From positions 11,201-75,200 of the forward strand of contig JBBPXX010000005.1 of the NCBI GenBank assembly GCA_038200505.1: 64,000 nucleotides of DNA, written 5' to 3'. Each line of letters begins with the position of its first letter. Within the stretch, counting starts at the first letter, position 1. Shown in pieces: positions 62,866-64,000 of this stretch. This stretch comes from Pyrinomonadales bacterium (lineage in GTDB: Bacteria > Acidobacteriota > Blastocatellia > Pyrinomonadales > Pyrinomonadaceae). The position numbers and the translations under genes were made by a program. Under the pieces are notes generated by a model, which saw only the letters and a list, made by a program, of their open reading frames with translations, had not been told where the DNA came from and ran no database searches.

Positions 62866-63984
62866 ATGAGCAAACGCGATTATTACGAAATTTTAGAAAT
62901 CACTAAAACCGCAACCGAAGTGGAAATTAAAGCGGCTTATCGCAAATTGGCGATCAAACATCATCCTGACAAAAATCCGGGCGACCACACGGCGGAAGAG
63001 AAATTTAAAGAAGCGGCGGAAGCCTATTCGGTTTTGTCAGACGCGCAAAAACGCGCGGCGTATGACCGCTTCGGACATCAAGGAGTCGGCGCGGGCGCGG
63101 GCGGCGCGGGTTTTAATCCCGGATTTACGAACATCGAAGACATCTTTGATTTGTTCAATTTCGGCGACATATTCGGCGGCGGACAGCGCGGCGGCGGTTC
63201 ATCACGAACGGCGGCACAGCGCGGCGCGGATTTGCGCTACGATTTGGAAATTACATTAGAAGAAGCCGCGCTCGGCAAAGAAGAAAAACTCCGCATTCCG
63301 CGACTTGAAAAATGCGATGAATGCGACGGCAAAGGCACGGAAAGCGGAACCGAGCCGGAAACCTGCACGACCTGTAACGGCAGCGGGCAAACGCGCTATC
63401 AGCAAGGGTTTTTCAGCGTGATGCGAACTTGCCCGACTTGCTCAGGACGCGGACAAATCATCAAAAACCCGTGCAAAAAATGTCACGGCGCGGGGCGCGT
63501 CGAGAAAGAAAAAACTTTGGAAGTAAAAATTCCGGCAGGTGTCGAAACCGGCTCACGGCTGCGCGTCAACGGCGAAGGCGAAGCGGGGACGCAAGGCGGA
63601 CCTTCGGGAGATTTGTTCGTCGTCATTCACGTCGCCGAACACGAAATATTTGAACGCCAAGGTGCAAATCTTTATTCCGCCGCGCCGGTTTCCTTCGCGC
63701 AAGCCGCGCTCGGGGCGGAAATCGAAGTGAAAACTTTGGACGGCGAAGAGAACTTAAAAATTCCGGCGGGAACGCAAACCGGAACGGTTTTCCGTCTTAA
63801 ATCAAGAGGAATGCCCGCGCTCGGCGGTCGCGGTAAAGGCGATTTATTTGTCGCCGTAACTTTGATAACACCAAAATCTTTAAATAAAGAACAGCGCAAA
63901 CTGCTCGAACAACTTGCCGAAATAGAAGATATTGATTTTCAGGACGAATCTTTCATGGATAAAGTGAGAAATATTTTCGGTTAA
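62866..63984 (+). CDS. dnaJ: molecular chaperone DnaJ
   Basis: J domain HHPDKNPGD, a G/F region and four CxxCxGxG repeats. Start taken at MSKRDYYEIL. Confidence 0.93.
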   Translation: MSKRDYYEILEITKTATEVEIKAAYRKLAIKHHPDKNPGDHTAEEKFKEAAEAYSVLSDAQKRAAYDRFGHQGVGAGAGGAGFNPGFTNIEDIFDLFNFGDIFGGGQRGGGSSRTAAQRGADLRYDLEITLEEAALGKEEKLRIPRLEKCDECDGKGTESGTEPETCTTCNGSGQTRYQQGFFSVMRTCPTCSGRGQIIKNPCKKCHGAGRVEKEKTLEVKIPAGVETGSRLRVNGEGEAGTQGGPSGDLFVVIHVAEHEIFERQGANLYSAAPVSFAQAALGAEIEVKTLDGEENLKIPAGTQTGTVFRLKSRGMPALGGRGKGDLFVAVTLITPKSLNKEQRKLLEQLAEIEDIDFQDESFMDKVRNIFG

Positions 63985-64000
63985 TTTTGAAAACATAAAC

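Noticed and set aside
1-64000. Search for tRNA, rRNA, tmRNA, RNase P RNA, transposase or integrase genes
   Set aside because: I found no T-arm/GTTCGAATC-like motifs, rRNA-like stretches or DDE/tyrosine-recombinase-like ORFs in any intergenic region or ORF. This was a by-eye search only, so small ncRNAs could be missed.

Overview
This is a 64-kb chromosomal window from a moderately AT-rich bacterium. I cannot determine the taxon by eye. GGAG-type ribosome-binding sites are common and TGA is used as a normal stop. I count about 70 protein genes and found no rRNA, tRNA, CRISPR array, transposase or integrase. The backbone is housekeeping: purM, purN, nadD, nadE, rsfS, rlmH, ybeY, cdsA, uppS, truA, pyrE, ruvC, rnhA, msrA, fahA, a glutamate dehydrogenase, a YebC-family gene and dnaJ. 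Six things are embedded in that backbone. (1) A 4-11 kb block holds four near-consensus sigma-54 promoters around an NtrC-type activator and a CHASE histidine kinase. The same block carries a 778-aa triple-repeat/glycine-zipper secreted protein, a 49-aa membrane peptide, and a promoter-to-terminator unit with no ATG ORF. (2) An AT-rich type II restriction-modification island (C protein, endonuclease, HTH-fused C5 methyltransferase) has disrupted small ORFs upstream of the methyltransferase. (3) A DUF3368/UPF0175 toxin-antitoxin pair is wedged into the nadD-rsfS-rlmH cluster. (4) A redoxin/peroxiredoxin-like gene has an in-frame TGA at the redox-Cys position and a SECIS-like hairpin, making it a candidate selenoprotein. 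(5) An AT-rich accessory stretch at 47.8-54.6 kb carries a small-protein/HNH pair and a UvrD-like helicase. It also carries an uncharacterised 208-aa gene coupled to an XRE-ImmA/IrrE fusion, and an AbiEi/AbiEii-like pair. (6) A pervasive set of intergenic hairpins has arms built from tandem 6-8 nt words, and one word array lies inside nadD. All family calls come from motif recognition by eye. No searches or computations were run, and start codons are my best reading of the RBS context.
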